DNA from: Candidatus Hecatella orcuttiae
GTDB taxonomy: Archaea; Thermoproteota; Bathyarchaeia; Hecatellales; Hecatellaceae
Direction: 5' to 3'
DNA: 64,000 nt
Assembly: GCA_002011035.2 (NCBI GenBank)
Contig: MTLY02000001.1
Span: 288,001 to 352,000, forward strand
Part shown: piece after piece, positions 40,788 through 50,780 of the stretch
Numbering within the stretch: the first letter of the stretch is position 1
Layout of the letters: each line of letters starts with the position of its first letter
Notes under the pieces: model-generated
Told to the model about the DNA's origin: nothing
Database searches by the model: none
Seen by the model: only the letters and a program-made list of their open reading frames with translations
Made by a program: the position numbers and the translations under genes

Positions 40788-41804
40788 TTATTCTTTGGGA
40801 AGGGAAGCAGCCTTCAAAGCCCGGGAAACAGCCTCATCCAGTTCCCTCTCGGAAGCCACCCCGACCATGCAGGCGGCCACCTTCGGGATGCTGTAAACGT
40901 AGCGGAAGGCGGTTTCAGGCGGTATCCTCCCTCCTCCCAGAGGTTTGATGGCGATAACCGGTCTGCTCGCCGCCTTCAGGGCCTCCACGGCCGCTTCCTG
41001 GGTGGGGAACATCATGATCCCCCGCCTGTTCACGGGAGTGACGTAGCCCTCAAAACGGATTCCCGCCTTTTCTAAAACAGGCACCGTCAAGCCTGCGTGA
41101 TGGATTCCTAAGAGCGTTGCGCAGCCAAGTCTATCCTGTAGCCGGCTGACGACTTCCCCCAGCAGGTCCAGCCTATCTGTGAGGGTGAGGAAATCGGTTT
41201 CAGAACCGGGTTCAGTGAACAGAAGCCTAAAGCCTTGAAGGCTTGAGGCAGCCTCGTCCAGTTTTTTAAAGTCGATTTTCATGTTTTCAATTTCTCTTCT
41301 TTCATAAGGCCTGCCGTGGAGGAGGGTGTAGCGGAATTTTTCTTCCCAGTTTTCCCTGCAGAGCAGCACCGGGTCTTCCATGTATTTCTTTAAAACTTCA
41401 CCGCTCACCTTCTTTTCAGCTTGGTAGTAGGTGAGCCATCTTCTGTAGTCGTCCACGGGTTTCCCTCCCACCACCAAGGGTATTCTGAAGCAGGCTATCA
41501 GGGCCAGTTCCACTGAGGTTCGCTGCTCGGTTTTCCTCACAGCCTCCAGAAACAGGGAAGCCAGCCGGCCTTCGCTTGGCTGAGCTCCGATGACGGCGAC
41601 CCCATAGTGGGCAACCGCTCTACTTAGAATTTTCACGGTGTTTTCCACGTTGGAGAAGCGGGAAGCCAACTCGCGGTTCTTTTCAGGGCCTTGGTAGGAT
41701 TCTCCGACGAAAGGGAGATGACCGAGGATCAGCCGGGGGACGGGGATTCCGCCTATCTTCACCAGGGGCAGGGAGGCGGCTTCCAGATAGTCTCTCATGC
41801 TCAC
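40788..41804 (-). CDS. Aldo/keto-reductase-like TIM-barrel protein
   Basis: PRLILG N-terminus; VIAIKPLGGGR; MVGVAS. Confidence 0.6.
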   Translation of the reverse strand: MSMRDYLEAASLPLVKIGGIPVPRLILGHLPFVGESYQGPEKNRELASRFSNVENTVKILSRAVAHYGVAVIGAQPSEGRLASLFLEAVRKTEQRTSVELALIACFRIPLVVGGKPVDDYRRWLTYYQAEKKVSGEVLKKYMEDPVLLCRENWEEKFRYTLLHGRPYERREIENMKIDFKKLDEAASSLQGFRLLFTEPGSETDFLTLTDRLDLLGEVVSRLQDRLGCATLLGIHHAGLTVPVLEKAGIRFEGYVTPVNRRGIMMFPTQEAAVEALKAASRPVIAIKPLGGGRIPPETAFRYVYSIPKVAACMVGVASERELDEAVSRALKAASLPKE

Positions 41805-41940
41805 CGCCTGAATAATGAGGGGTTGTTAACTAGTTTTTCTCCTCTCACCCAAAAAGCTTGCTCGGCCTCTAGGCTGCGAAAAGGTTTATTTCTGCTCAAG
41901 GCTTCAAATTTCAGTATTTGGCGGTTTCGAGGGTAGGCTT

Positions 41941-43089
41941 ATGGCGGATTTCGAAGAGGAGATGGTGGTCACCCCTTGGAAAGTAGCCGGGAAGATAGAC
42001 TACGAAAAGTTGATCAAACAGTTCGGCGTGGAGCCTCTCACCGACGAGCTTTTGAGGCGTCTGGAGAAGTTTACAGGCCGCCTTCACCTCCAATTGAGGA
42101 GGAAGATATTTTTTTCCCATAGGGATCTAGACTGGATTCTAACCCTCTACGAACGAGGTGAAAAATTCGTCCTCTACACGGGAAGAGGCCCCTCGGGGCC
42201 TGTTCACATAGGCCACATCGTGCCTTGGATCTTCACCAAACATCTTCAGGAGGCCTTCGACGCTAAGCTTTACTTCCAGATGACCGACGATGAGAAATTC
42301 CTCATCCACGACGACTTCACCCTTCAAAAGGCGGTAAGCCTTACCTACGACAACGCCCTCGACGTGGTGGCAGTGGGCTTCAACCCTGAGAAGACGAGGA
42401 TCATTTCCGACGTGAGGCACATCGAGTCCCTCTACCATCTGGCTCTGAGAGTAAGCCGGCATATCACCTACTCCACCATCAAGGCGGTCTTCGGCATCGG
42501 AGAAAGCGACAACATAGGATTGTCCTTCTTCCCCGCCGTTCAGGCTGCCCCCGCCTTCCTCGAGTCCGTGCTGGCTGGGAAGCCTGTTCCCTGCCTGATC
42601 CCCGCGGCCATCGACCAAGACCCCTACTGGAGGGTCACCCGGGATGTGGCTCCGAAAATAGGCTTCTATAAGCCGGCTCAAATCCACAGCCGCTTCCTCC
42701 CAGGGCTTGGGAAAGGAGGCAAAATGTCGGCTTCCCAGCCTGAAACCTGCATCTTTCTCACCGACCCTCCGGAGGTGGCTGAGAAGAAAGTCATGAACGC
42801 CTTCACAGGCGGCAGGCCCACTGCGGAGGAGCAGAGGAAGCTGGGGGGGTTACCTGAAATCTGCCCCGTCCACCAGTACCTTTTTTTCCTTTTCGAGGAA
42901 GACGACGAGAAAATGCGGCGGCTTTGGGAAGACTGCAAGGGAGGCCGAATCCTCTGCTGGGAGTGCAAGGAAATCCTAGCGGCCAAGGTTAAAAAATTCT
43001 TGGCTGAACATCAGAGGAAACGGAGTAAAGCGGAGAAGACGGTGAAAAAATACTTCTTATCCAAGGCCATCACCCCCTTCAAGGCCTAA
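41941..43089 (+). CDS. trpS: Tryptophan-tRNA ligase
   Basis: TGRGPS-HIGH, IDQDPY, KMSAS. Confidence 0.96.
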   Translation: MADFEEEMVVTPWKVAGKIDYEKLIKQFGVEPLTDELLRRLEKFTGRLHLQLRRKIFFSHRDLDWILTLYERGEKFVLYTGRGPSGPVHIGHIVPWIFTKHLQEAFDAKLYFQMTDDEKFLIHDDFTLQKAVSLTYDNALDVVAVGFNPEKTRIISDVRHIESLYHLALRVSRHITYSTIKAVFGIGESDNIGLSFFPAVQAAPAFLESVLAGKPVPCLIPAAIDQDPYWRVTRDVAPKIGFYKPAQIHSRFLPGLGKGGKMSASQPETCIFLTDPPEVAEKKVMNAFTGGRPTAEEQRKLGGLPEICPVHQYLFFLFEEDDEKMRRLWEDCKGGRILCWECKEILAAKVKKFLAEHQRKRSKAEKTVKKYFLSKAITPFKA

Positions 43090-43567
43090 GCCTCCGGCCT
43101 GCCCTGTCTATTTCTCCAGCCCGAATCCTCGTCGCTGAGATGGGTTTGCCGTCTTCAGCCAGCTGTTTTTCGAAGACCACGACCTCCACCTCCCTCAAGC
43201 CTCTTTCTCTTCGAGCCCTGTTTATTTCTCGGGCTACGGGATAGGTTTCCCGGCTTACCATGAGAGCATCCAGGTCTTCGAGGAAAGGAGCTGACCCCCA
43301 TCGGCTGTCGATGGGGACGACACTACTTCTTTCAAGGAAGTCCTCCGCTCGGAGAAAATCTTCCAACGCCTTTTTCCTCTCCGAGTAAGGTCTAACTGGA
43401 TGGCCTTTCGCCAACTCTTCAGCCAGCCGGTCGGTGCTCAGCCCGATGATGACGTATTCGCTCAGGCTGAAGGCTTCCCGCAGGATTTTTTCATGGCCTT
43501 GGTGGAGGATGTCGAAGGTTCCGCCTAAGGCCAGTTTCCTAAACTTTTTGACGGATTCCCTCGCCAA
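43079..43567 (-). CDS. coaD: Phosphopantetheine adenylyltransferase (archaeal)
   Basis: GGTFDILHQGH, VSRET, ISATRIR. Confidence 0.9.
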   Translation of the reverse strand: MARESVKKFRKLALGGTFDILHQGHEKILREAFSLSEYVIIGLSTDRLAEELAKGHPVRPYSERKKALEDFLRAEDFLERSSVVPIDSRWGSAPFLEDLDALMVSRETYPVAREINRARRERGLREVEVVVFEKQLAEDGKPISATRIRAGEIDRAGRRLRP

Positions 43568-43607
43568 GGCTGAACCCTACTTTTATGTGCCACCTAACTC
43601 ATTTAAA

Positions 43608-44522
43608 ATGGAGGCGTTCCGGTTGCTGGAGGAGGAGGAATTAGCTAAGCTCAGAAAGGCTGGAAAGATCGCGGGGGAAGTCAGGAGGTGGGTTGAAGGC
43701 TACGTGAAAGAGGGTATGAAGGTCATCGACCTATGCGAAGGGGTTGAAAGAGAGATCCGCCGACGGGGAGGCAGTCCAGCCTTCCCTTGCAATGTGGACA
43801 TCAACGAGGTAGGCGCCCACTATACTTCGCCTCCCAGCGACCCCAGCCTCATTCCCCCGGGTTCCATAGTGAAGGTGGACATTGGAGTTCACATCGACGG
43901 CTACATAGCCGACACAGCGGTTTCCATCTGCTTCAACCCAGAGCTCTACGTCCTCAAACAGGCTACGGACGAAGCCTTGGAGGCTGCCTTGGAGGCCTTG
44001 GCTCCGGGGGTTAAGGTTTCAGCCATAGGAGCCGTCATCCAGAAGATCATTGAAAAGTACGGGTTGAAGCCTGTGAAAAACCTGACAGGCCACGGGTTAG
44101 GCCGATACAAACTTCACACCGGAAAACCCATCCCCAACGTAGCCGGCTTAGACAGCCTAAAAATCGAGGAAGGGGAAGCCTACGCTGTAGAGCCTTTCTC
44201 CACCACTCAACAAGGAGCAGGGGAAGTGGGTGAGGCGGGATTCGGCCACATCTTCAGAATTCTGAAGATGAAGCCTCCGAAAGAAGAAAAAGCTCGAAGC
44301 CTCTTTGAAGGTATCAAGAACCGCTTCCACACCCTCCCCTTCGCCTTCCGCTGGGTTGAAGAAATATGGGGAAAGGAAAACTTAGCGGCCTTCAGCAGCC
44401 TCCTCAAAGAAAGACACGTGACCGAATACCCTTTACTAGCGGAGAAGAACAGGCAGCCGGTAGCACAATCAGAGCACACCGTCATAGTATTGAAAGACGA
44501 GGTTCAAGTTTTAACTCTCTAA
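43608..44522 (+). CDS. map: Methionine aminopeptidase type II
   Basis: AFPCN, DIGVHIDGYIADTA, LTGH, EPF, QSEHT; start at ATG 43608 or nearby TTG. Confidence 0.94.
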   Translation: MEAFRLLEEEELAKLRKAGKIAGEVRRWVEGYVKEGMKVIDLCEGVEREIRRRGGSPAFPCNVDINEVGAHYTSPPSDPSLIPPGSIVKVDIGVHIDGYIADTAVSICFNPELYVLKQATDEALEAALEALAPGVKVSAIGAVIQKIIEKYGLKPVKNLTGHGLGRYKLHTGKPIPNVAGLDSLKIEEGEAYAVEPFSTTQQGAGEVGEAGFGHIFRILKMKPPKEEKARSLFEGIKNRFHTLPFAFRWVEEIWGKENLAAFSSLLKERHVTEYPLLAEKNRQPVAQSEHTVIVLKDEVQVLTL

Positions 44523-44923
44523 AACTTTGGCTCCCGCCGCTTGGGCCGCTTCTCCTCCTCGGGATAGATGGCTTCAACCATCATAGTCCCCCCGCAACTG
44601 GGACAGCTGCCCATGGGCTTGGGGATGAAATCGCCCAGCTGAAAGTTGCGGAGACTTTTGAAGGCGCATTGGCTGCACTGGAGCAAGGTTAAGGTGACCT
44701 TGGGCGGAGGCAAAGACATTTGGCCGAGGATTCGGCTTACCATGAGGACGAGGAAGAGAATTCCGAGAAGACCTAAGAGGAGGGAGCCCGTGGATTCCCG
44801 GGGGCCCACTTCCATGTACTGGGCTATGCCTGAGAAGAGAAAGAACACGGCTAGGAACGCTATTAGAAGGAGAAGAAGCAAGCCGACGGGGGACTTTGGC
44901 GCAGGTTTTCCGGACACCTTCAA
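44519..44923 (-). CDS. Membrane protein with C-terminal Zn ribbon
   Basis: 2 TM; CSQC...CPSC. Confidence 0.7.
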   Translation of the reverse strand: MKVSGKPAPKSPVGLLLLLLIAFLAVFFLFSGIAQYMEVGPRESTGSLLLGLLGILFLVLMVSRILGQMSLPPPKVTLTLLQCSQCAFKSLRNFQLGDFIPKPMGSCPSCGGTMMVEAIYPEEEKRPKRREPKF

Positions 44924-44934
44924 ACCTCCCAGGG

Positions 44935-46101
44935 TTACTGGCCTATCCCTATGGTGTTGCCTATTCCCGCTAGGATGAGGGTTTCCCCTTCCTGGGTGTT
45001 CTCCCTCACCAGCCGCTTAATCCGCTCCAAAGCTTTTTCCACGCCTTCGTAGATTTCCTTTTTCATGGGGGCTATGGCTTCCCGGAGGGATTCTTTGATG
45101 ATAACAGCGTACACCGGTATCTTATTCTTGTGGGCGATTTCCTCGATCTTAAACCTTTCAGTGCCTATGCCTCCGATGGCCGCTCCTACACCCTCAGCCA
45201 CATCCCCCGTGTTTTCACCCTCAAACTTGAGGGCTGCGTCCACCATGATGATGAGCGAGGGCTTAACGAAGCCCGAAGCCAGCAGGTTTTGAAGGGCGTC
45301 GCCCGGCTTGCCTACGTTGCCTCCTGGGCCTTCTGCTTTGAGGACGAGGGTTTTACGGCCTTCGATCTCCGTTTCGGCCATCACCATGTCTTTCTCTATC
45401 TTCTTTACCTCCTTCCCTCTCATGAGCTTGTTGACGAGGAGAGGCCCGGCGCCGTCTCCGATGGGCTGACCTTGGGCGAAGGCTTGCACGGCTCCGTCGT
45501 AGGCTGCGGCTATGTCCATGATCATGGGGAGGATCATGTGAAGCTGAGCGGTGATGATGTAGGCGTTGGTTCGTTTCCCCATCAGATAATAATGCTTCAC
45601 AATCCGGTAGATGAGGTTCAGGTCGAGGGAGGCTTCCAGAAGGTTTTCGAGGTTGTGAAGCGTGGGGTCGTCGGCTTTTGGGGCAATTCGCTTAACCTCC
45701 TCCTTCATGCTCATGTCCCTCACATCCAATAGATGGTCCAGCTTCCAAACGATACCCGCCGGGTCCATGTCCACCGGCTGGATGAAGAAGCGCTCCAGAA
45801 ACTGGTCTACCCGAGGCGTGGGGTCCTCGTTGGGTTTTCCCAGCTCTTGGACGGTGTTGAGGGAAATCTCCCTAGCCCTGTCCCTCATATACCGCAGTTT
45901 CCTCAACTGCCTTTCGATGTCGCGGTTCCACATGAACATCTGAATCTTCTGCCCGTAGAAGAAGTAGAGGAGGATGATAAACATGAAAGCGATTTGGAGA
46001 ATGTAAGCGAAGATTCCCGGCTGCTCTCCGCCTCCTAAAAGCGGTGAAAGTAAAGCCATGAACCGTTCTCCTTCATACCTAACAGGGTTAAGATACTTCA
46101 A
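44935..46101 (-). CDS. DUF1512-family protein
   Basis: PVDMDPAGI, PIGDGAGP, VDAALKFEGE, GIGNTIG. Confidence 0.8.
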   Translation of the reverse strand: MKYLNPVRYEGERFMALLSPLLGGGEQPGIFAYILQIAFMFIILLYFFYGQKIQMFMWNRDIERQLRKLRYMRDRAREISLNTVQELGKPNEDPTPRVDQFLERFFIQPVDMDPAGIVWKLDHLLDVRDMSMKEEVKRIAPKADDPTLHNLENLLEASLDLNLIYRIVKHYYLMGKRTNAYIITAQLHMILPMIMDIAAAYDGAVQAFAQGQPIGDGAGPLLVNKLMRGKEVKKIEKDMVMAETEIEGRKTLVLKAEGPGGNVGKPGDALQNLLASGFVKPSLIIMVDAALKFEGENTGDVAEGVGAAIGGIGTERFKIEEIAHKNKIPVYAVIIKESLREAIAPMKKEIYEGVEKALERIKRLVRENTQEGETLILAGIGNTIGIGQ

Positions 46102-46239
46102 AAAAGAGGGAAGATTCCCTGTTATAAAGCTTTACTCTGCAAAAAAGATAGATTACTGGAGACTTTCACCATTAGCAAACAATAAATCCCATGCCTAAGA
46201 AAAGATATATAATGTACTTTTTCAGGTAGGGGAAAACCT

Positions 46240-47610
46240 GTGATCGATCTTCTAGAACTTTGGAAACGCTCAGAATCAGGGCCAGAGATAGGGGAGAGAG
46301 AATTCGACATGAAGATTCTCCCCAAAAAGCTGGAGGAGCTTCGGAAGGAATATGGCATCCGCTACAACCCAGAAGAAGTAGTGTCCACCGACGCCTCCCT
46401 CGCCAAGGCTGTCTATGAAGCCGCCCTCAAGCTCCTCTGCGACGTCGGAGTTTACTGTACCGACAGCGGACGAGTCATACAGGTGTCGGAGGAAGAGGTC
46501 GAGGAAGCCCTCCGCTCAGCCTCAACCCGGCTCTTTCTGGGCGGAGGAAAGGAAAGAATCGAACTCGCAGCCCGCCGGACGGGAGACGGCCGGAGGCCGC
46601 TCATAGCCGGAGGGCCTTGCGGCTGCCCTCTTTCCGAGAAATTCTACAGAAGAATCCTGTACAGCTACGCCAAGGAAACCTCAGCGGACATCATGGTGAT
46701 GGGGCCCTTGGAAAGCTTCAAGGGAATGACCATCAAACCCCGGTCGCCCATCGAAATGGCTGCTGCGAGGACTGAGGCTGTGGAGGCTAGAGAAGCCGCC
46801 AAGGCAGCGGGCAAGCCGGGCCTGTGCATCTTCGGAGGCATCTCCGTGGTCACGGCGGCAGCCTCCAACTTCGCCGACTCCCCCGACGGGCTCAGGCCCA
46901 CAGACCTGCATGAGGTGGCGCAGTTGAACGAGTTAAAGATGAGCTGGGAAGTCTTCAACAGGATGACCCACTGCCAATACCAAGGGAACCTTGTGGCCGC
47001 GGCTCAATGCCCTGTTCTCGGCCAAGCAGGCGGACCGGAGGCGACGGCCATCCTCTGCGCAGCTGAAGCCCTGCAGGCTTTCACCCTGACACGCGGCCAC
47101 CTTTTCTGCATGGCGCCCTCCCACATGTGGACTTCGACCACCACCGACAGGGAGGACCTCTGGGTGAGCTGCTTGGTCATGCAGGCGGTTAAAGGCGTTC
47201 ACCCAGTTCCCATGGGAAGCTACATCTACTCGGCAGCCGGGCCTTGCACCGAAATCCAGTGCTACGAACTGGCAGCCCAGACGGCAACTCACACCGCCTC
47301 CGGGGCAGACCTAATCTGCTCTGCAGGAGGCACGCGGGGGACCTATGTGAACCATTACACGGGAATGGAAGCTAGGATAGCGGGGGAAATCTGCCAAGCC
47401 TCAGCCTCCCTCAGAGCAGTGGAAGTCAACGAGCTTGTGAAGGAGCTGCTGAGCCGGTATGAGGAGCCGTTGCGGATGAGGAAGGCTCCTCCGGGGAAGA
47501 GGTTTGAAGAATGCTACGACATTGAGAAGATTTCACCTTCCGAGGAATATGTAAGGCTTTGGGAAACCGTTAAGCGAGAGTTGGAAAACTTAGGTATGAA
47601 TTTTCCCTGA
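46240..47610 (+). CDS. mtmB: Monomethylamine methyltransferase MtmB homolog without pyrrolysine
   Basis: MtmB-like throughout; AGKPGLCIFG aligns with Methanosarcina AGRPGMGVOG, with TTC (Phe) at the Pyl site. Confidence 0.85.
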   Translation: MIDLLELWKRSESGPEIGEREFDMKILPKKLEELRKEYGIRYNPEEVVSTDASLAKAVYEAALKLLCDVGVYCTDSGRVIQVSEEEVEEALRSASTRLFLGGGKERIELAARRTGDGRRPLIAGGPCGCPLSEKFYRRILYSYAKETSADIMVMGPLESFKGMTIKPRSPIEMAAARTEAVEAREAAKAAGKPGLCIFGGISVVTAAASNFADSPDGLRPTDLHEVAQLNELKMSWEVFNRMTHCQYQGNLVAAAQCPVLGQAGGPEATAILCAAEALQAFTLTRGHLFCMAPSHMWTSTTTDREDLWVSCLVMQAVKGVHPVPMGSYIYSAAGPCTEIQCYELAAQTATHTASGADLICSAGGTRGTYVNHYTGMEARIAGEICQASASLRAVEVNELVKELLSRYEEPLRMRKAPPGKRFEECYDIEKISPSEEYVRLWETVKRELENLGMNFP

Positions 47611-47745
47611 ACCAGATAAGATCGCGCTTTATTCTACTGTTCCAACACAGCCAGAGGAATGTGCTTTGTCTGCTGAAAATCTGAAGCTGCCTACAAAACC
47701 AGTGTAGTCGGAGAGAACGCAGATTTATTTAATCGTTTACCGCCT

Positions 47746-48066
47746 TCAAGGTGAAAGCATGGTCAGGATTTCTTTCCGCTGCCTGGAGAGCTCTAGGAAA
47801 AGTCTTCCCCTTTCCGTGGTCATTATGCCCCCTCTTTCGGTGAGAGTTACTAGGCCCTTCTCCAACAAAAGTGAAACGTAGTTCTTGTAACGGTTAAAGT
47901 TGAGGTTAGCCCTGTAGACCACCTCGGTCTTTGATGCCCCGTTGAAGGCGACGGAAAGGATGTCCTCCACGATTTTTAGTCCATCCCGTCGTTTAAAGGA
48001 AATATTTTCCGGGAAACCGGAGGCCGCTGGAGGGGACTTCTGCTTGGTATCGAGGCGGCTATTCAA
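47746..48066 (-). CDS. Winged-helix regulator (HTH_45-like)
   Basis: RRDGLKIVEDIL...KTEVVYRANLN...TTERG. Confidence 0.8.
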   Translation of the reverse strand: MNSRLDTKQKSPPAASGFPENISFKRRDGLKIVEDILSVAFNGASKTEVVYRANLNFNRYKNYVSLLLEKGLVTLTERGGIMTTERGRLFLELSRQRKEILTMLSP

Positions 48067-48321
48067 GGGGTTTTCCCCTCCTATATAAATAATATATGGT
48101 ATTATAAGCTGTTATTTATATGTTTTTAGAATTTTTGGTTCGAACTTTAAAATCTAGGGTAAACCGCCATGTTTAGCACATGTTCCTGTTAAAATTTGCA
48201 ACATTTGGGAAGAGGCTGGGCAGTTGTATGGTTGCAGTGAGCTGATAATTGATGTTTAAGCTTGATTGTATAAAGATTTTTAAAGGGGAACGCTAAAATT
48301 TAGGAGAGGTGTCTGTTTCCG

Positions 48322-48891
48322 ATGAAACTCTCCATTGCTTTAACAGCAGCTGCTTTCATGTTTGTGCTGTTGTTTTCGCCTCTCCCTGCCGCGGAGGGGG
48401 CTGAAGAGAGCCTCGGCGCCCTAGGTTTTGATTCCGCCGAAACCAAGACGGCGATCACGATCAACGTGGAGAGAATTCCGAAGAGAAGCTATCTGGGTGA
48501 AAGCATTTTGATCAGAGGAAACGTATACCCCGCCATGGAGGGACTTGAACTTAAAATATTCTATGGCTACGCCAAGGCCGGCGAGGAAACGGTGGAGTCG
48601 GTCATCGTCTTCACCGACGAAAACGGAGCCTTCCAATTTAGTATGATCCCGGAGGAGATTGGAAGCTTAGCCTTCGTAGTGACGCATGAAGGCTCTGACA
48701 GTACGTTGCCGGCTAGAGCCGAGCCTGTAGCCACTCTTGTTACTCAGAAGGTGCCCATCAAGCCAGAGCAGACTTTTCTACCTTTAATATTGGTGGCGAT
48801 CCTGCTTGCCCTCTGGTCTAGGTGGGACGACATTAAAGAGTTGAGGGGGAAAGGGAAGGCGACTAAAAAATTTGAGAAGTGGAGAAAATAG
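48322..48891 (+). CDS. Secreted, C-terminally anchored beta-rich (Ig-like) protein
   Basis: Signal peptide, TDENGAF, C-terminal TM plus basic tail. Confidence 0.65.
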   Translation: MKLSIALTAAAFMFVLLFSPLPAAEGAEESLGALGFDSAETKTAITINVERIPKRSYLGESILIRGNVYPAMEGLELKIFYGYAKAGEETVESVIVFTDENGAFQFSMIPEEIGSLAFVVTHEGSDSTLPARAEPVATLVTQKVPIKPEQTFLPLILVAILLALWSRWDDIKELRGKGKATKKFEKWRK

Positions 48892-49032
48892 TTAGGAAAA
48901 TATTTTTAGCCAGTTAAATAATGTGTTCCAAGGTGAGATTTAAACTAGGATGTCCGCCCCTTATCTTTGGTTGGTTGTTTTCTTGATCGGCTATATGTGT
49001 TCGGCTTTAAGCTCGGGGAGTGAATTCAGTTT

Positions 49033-49257
49033 TTATCTGTATTTACGGATGCCGATGAAGCGTGCGGATGGGCCTCTGAAGTTCTCTTCAACCTCTCCCC
49101 AGTAAGTTCCGCAGACACGGCACCAAGGGACGTTGGTGACTTGCACTCCCCACCATCCTTGGTAGCCGCATTTGGGACAGTTGGGGCTGTTCTTCTCTGC
49201 TTTTGGTTTTACTATTTCAGGGACTACAACCTTCGGTTCTTCTAGGACGGTTTCCAT
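49033..49257 (-). CDS. Small Zn-finger protein
   Basis: CPKC...CRVC; strong RBS GGAGGAGGTGA. Confidence 0.75.
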   Translation of the reverse strand: METVLEEPKVVVPEIVKPKAEKNSPNCPKCGYQGWWGVQVTNVPWCRVCGTYWGEVEENFRGPSARFIGIRKYR

Positions 49258-49277
49258 TTTTCACCTCCTCCTTTTTT

Positions 49278-49330
49278 ACCCGACCCGGGAAAGTTGGGTT
49301 TCGCTTGGTTTTCCCAAGCTCGTCAGGGGT
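49278..49330 (-). ncRNA. Type I hammerhead ribozyme
   Basis: ACCC-CUGACGA-GCUUGG(GAAAA)CCAAGC-GAAA-CCC(loop)GGG-UC-GGGU; complete conserved core with a GUC cleavage triplet. Confidence 0.85.
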
Positions 49331-49433
49331 TTATTGTGAAATTTTTTATCCGTAATAAAGAAAGTGTTGGCGGCATATAATTATTTAGCGAAAACTATAA
49401 ATTCTAGTATATACTAAAGATAGTGGGGATTTT

Positions 49434-50522
49434 ATGGAGGGAAGAAAGCTTCAAAAGGTCGGCTACTCAACCCTCAGCGTTTCTCTCCCCAGCCGATGGA
49501 TCAAGCGGTTTAGGTTGAAGAAGGGGGACACCGTCGTCTGCAGCTATGAGAAAGACGGCTCCCTCAGATTGATGCCTTCGGAAATGGCTGAGTCTAAGGG
49601 CAGCTTGGATGTGGCAGTGAACTTAGACCTCTGCGACAGTCCCACGCTGCTGGAGAGGCTTGTCGTGGGCTGCTACATCGTAGGCTACGACACCATAACG
49701 GTGTTTTCGCGAAACAAGATTCACGGGGATTGGCTTACCGTCTTGAGGAACGTTTCCCAGAGGCTGATAGGGCTGAGCATCATGGATGAAAGGCCTGACG
49801 CTGTCGTCCTTCAATGCACCTTAGACCCTTCCAGCATCCCTCTGACGACGATGATGAGGAGGCTTTACGCTTTGACGGCGACCATGTACACTGAGGTTTT
49901 GGAGGCACTCATGGGATTTGATCCCACCCCCGCTAAGGAGGTGGTGAACAGGGAGTCTGAAGCCAACATGCTGTATTGGCTGATTTTACGCGTCATAGAG
50001 CTGGCTCTGACCGATGTGAGGATTGCGGAGAAAGTCGGCGTGCAGAACCAGCATTATCTGCCCACCTACCGGGTTGTCATTAAGTATTTGGAGGCCATAG
50101 CGGATTATCTGGAGGAGGCAGCAAGCAACATTCTCCAGCTTATCGAATTGAACAAGAAGCCGAACGAAGCCATGGTGAAGGAACTGCAGCGAATAGGAAA
50201 AATCGAGTTGGAGGTTTTCAGCGGCGCCTTCGAAAGCCTCATCACCGGCGACTTGCATAGGGCGAACAAGTCTGTTGAAGATAGGATGAGGTTAAAGGAC
50301 GATGCGGAGGAGATTGTCACCAGAATTCTGAGGGAAACCGAGGACCCGGAGATAGCGGTTCACATAAAGATTGTGAGTAGGGCTTTTAATAGGATCGCGG
50401 AGATAGGGGCCTCCATGGCCCATCTGGCCATCAACATGTATGTCAGCAAACCCAGTAAGATGGTGATGCCGACGGATTCCGGGAGGCTTCCGAAGGAGAA
50501 GACAGCTGAGTCTCAGGTCTGA
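49434..50522 (+). CDS. AbrB-PhoU-type archaeal transcriptional regulator
   Basis: RKLQKVGYSTLSVSLPSRW AbrB domain plus PhoU repeats. Confidence 0.85.
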   Translation: MEGRKLQKVGYSTLSVSLPSRWIKRFRLKKGDTVVCSYEKDGSLRLMPSEMAESKGSLDVAVNLDLCDSPTLLERLVVGCYIVGYDTITVFSRNKIHGDWLTVLRNVSQRLIGLSIMDERPDAVVLQCTLDPSSIPLTTMMRRLYALTATMYTEVLEALMGFDPTPAKEVVNRESEANMLYWLILRVIELALTDVRIAEKVGVQNQHYLPTYRVVIKYLEAIADYLEEAASNILQLIELNKKPNEAMVKELQRIGKIELEVFSGAFESLITGDLHRANKSVEDRMRLKDDAEEIVTRILRETEDPEIAVHIKIVSRAFNRIAEIGASMAHLAINMYVSKPSKMVMPTDSGRLPKEKTAESQV

Positions 50523-50780
50523 GAGGAAATGCCGAACGGTCCGTCGAATGTTGTGCCCTGAATGTTCCCAGAAATCTGTCATAGGTTTTTCCGGTTTTCA
50601 CTTTACATCCTTAAATTACTGGTAGCTTCCGAGAAACTCCCTCCCCCGTGCCCTAAGAGGCGGGGTAGAGTCTAAGATTCTTGGTTCTTACTTTAAGTTC
50701 GTCAAGTATAATAGCTCTCCTTCTCCAGTATCTCTGAAAATTGCTACGGTATCAAAAACCATGAGAGGAGACTCTGGAAA

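Noticed and set aside
47611-47745. H/ACA guide after mtmB
   Set aside because: No stem-pocket-K-turn-ACA arrangement seen, consistent with mtmB having no UAG.
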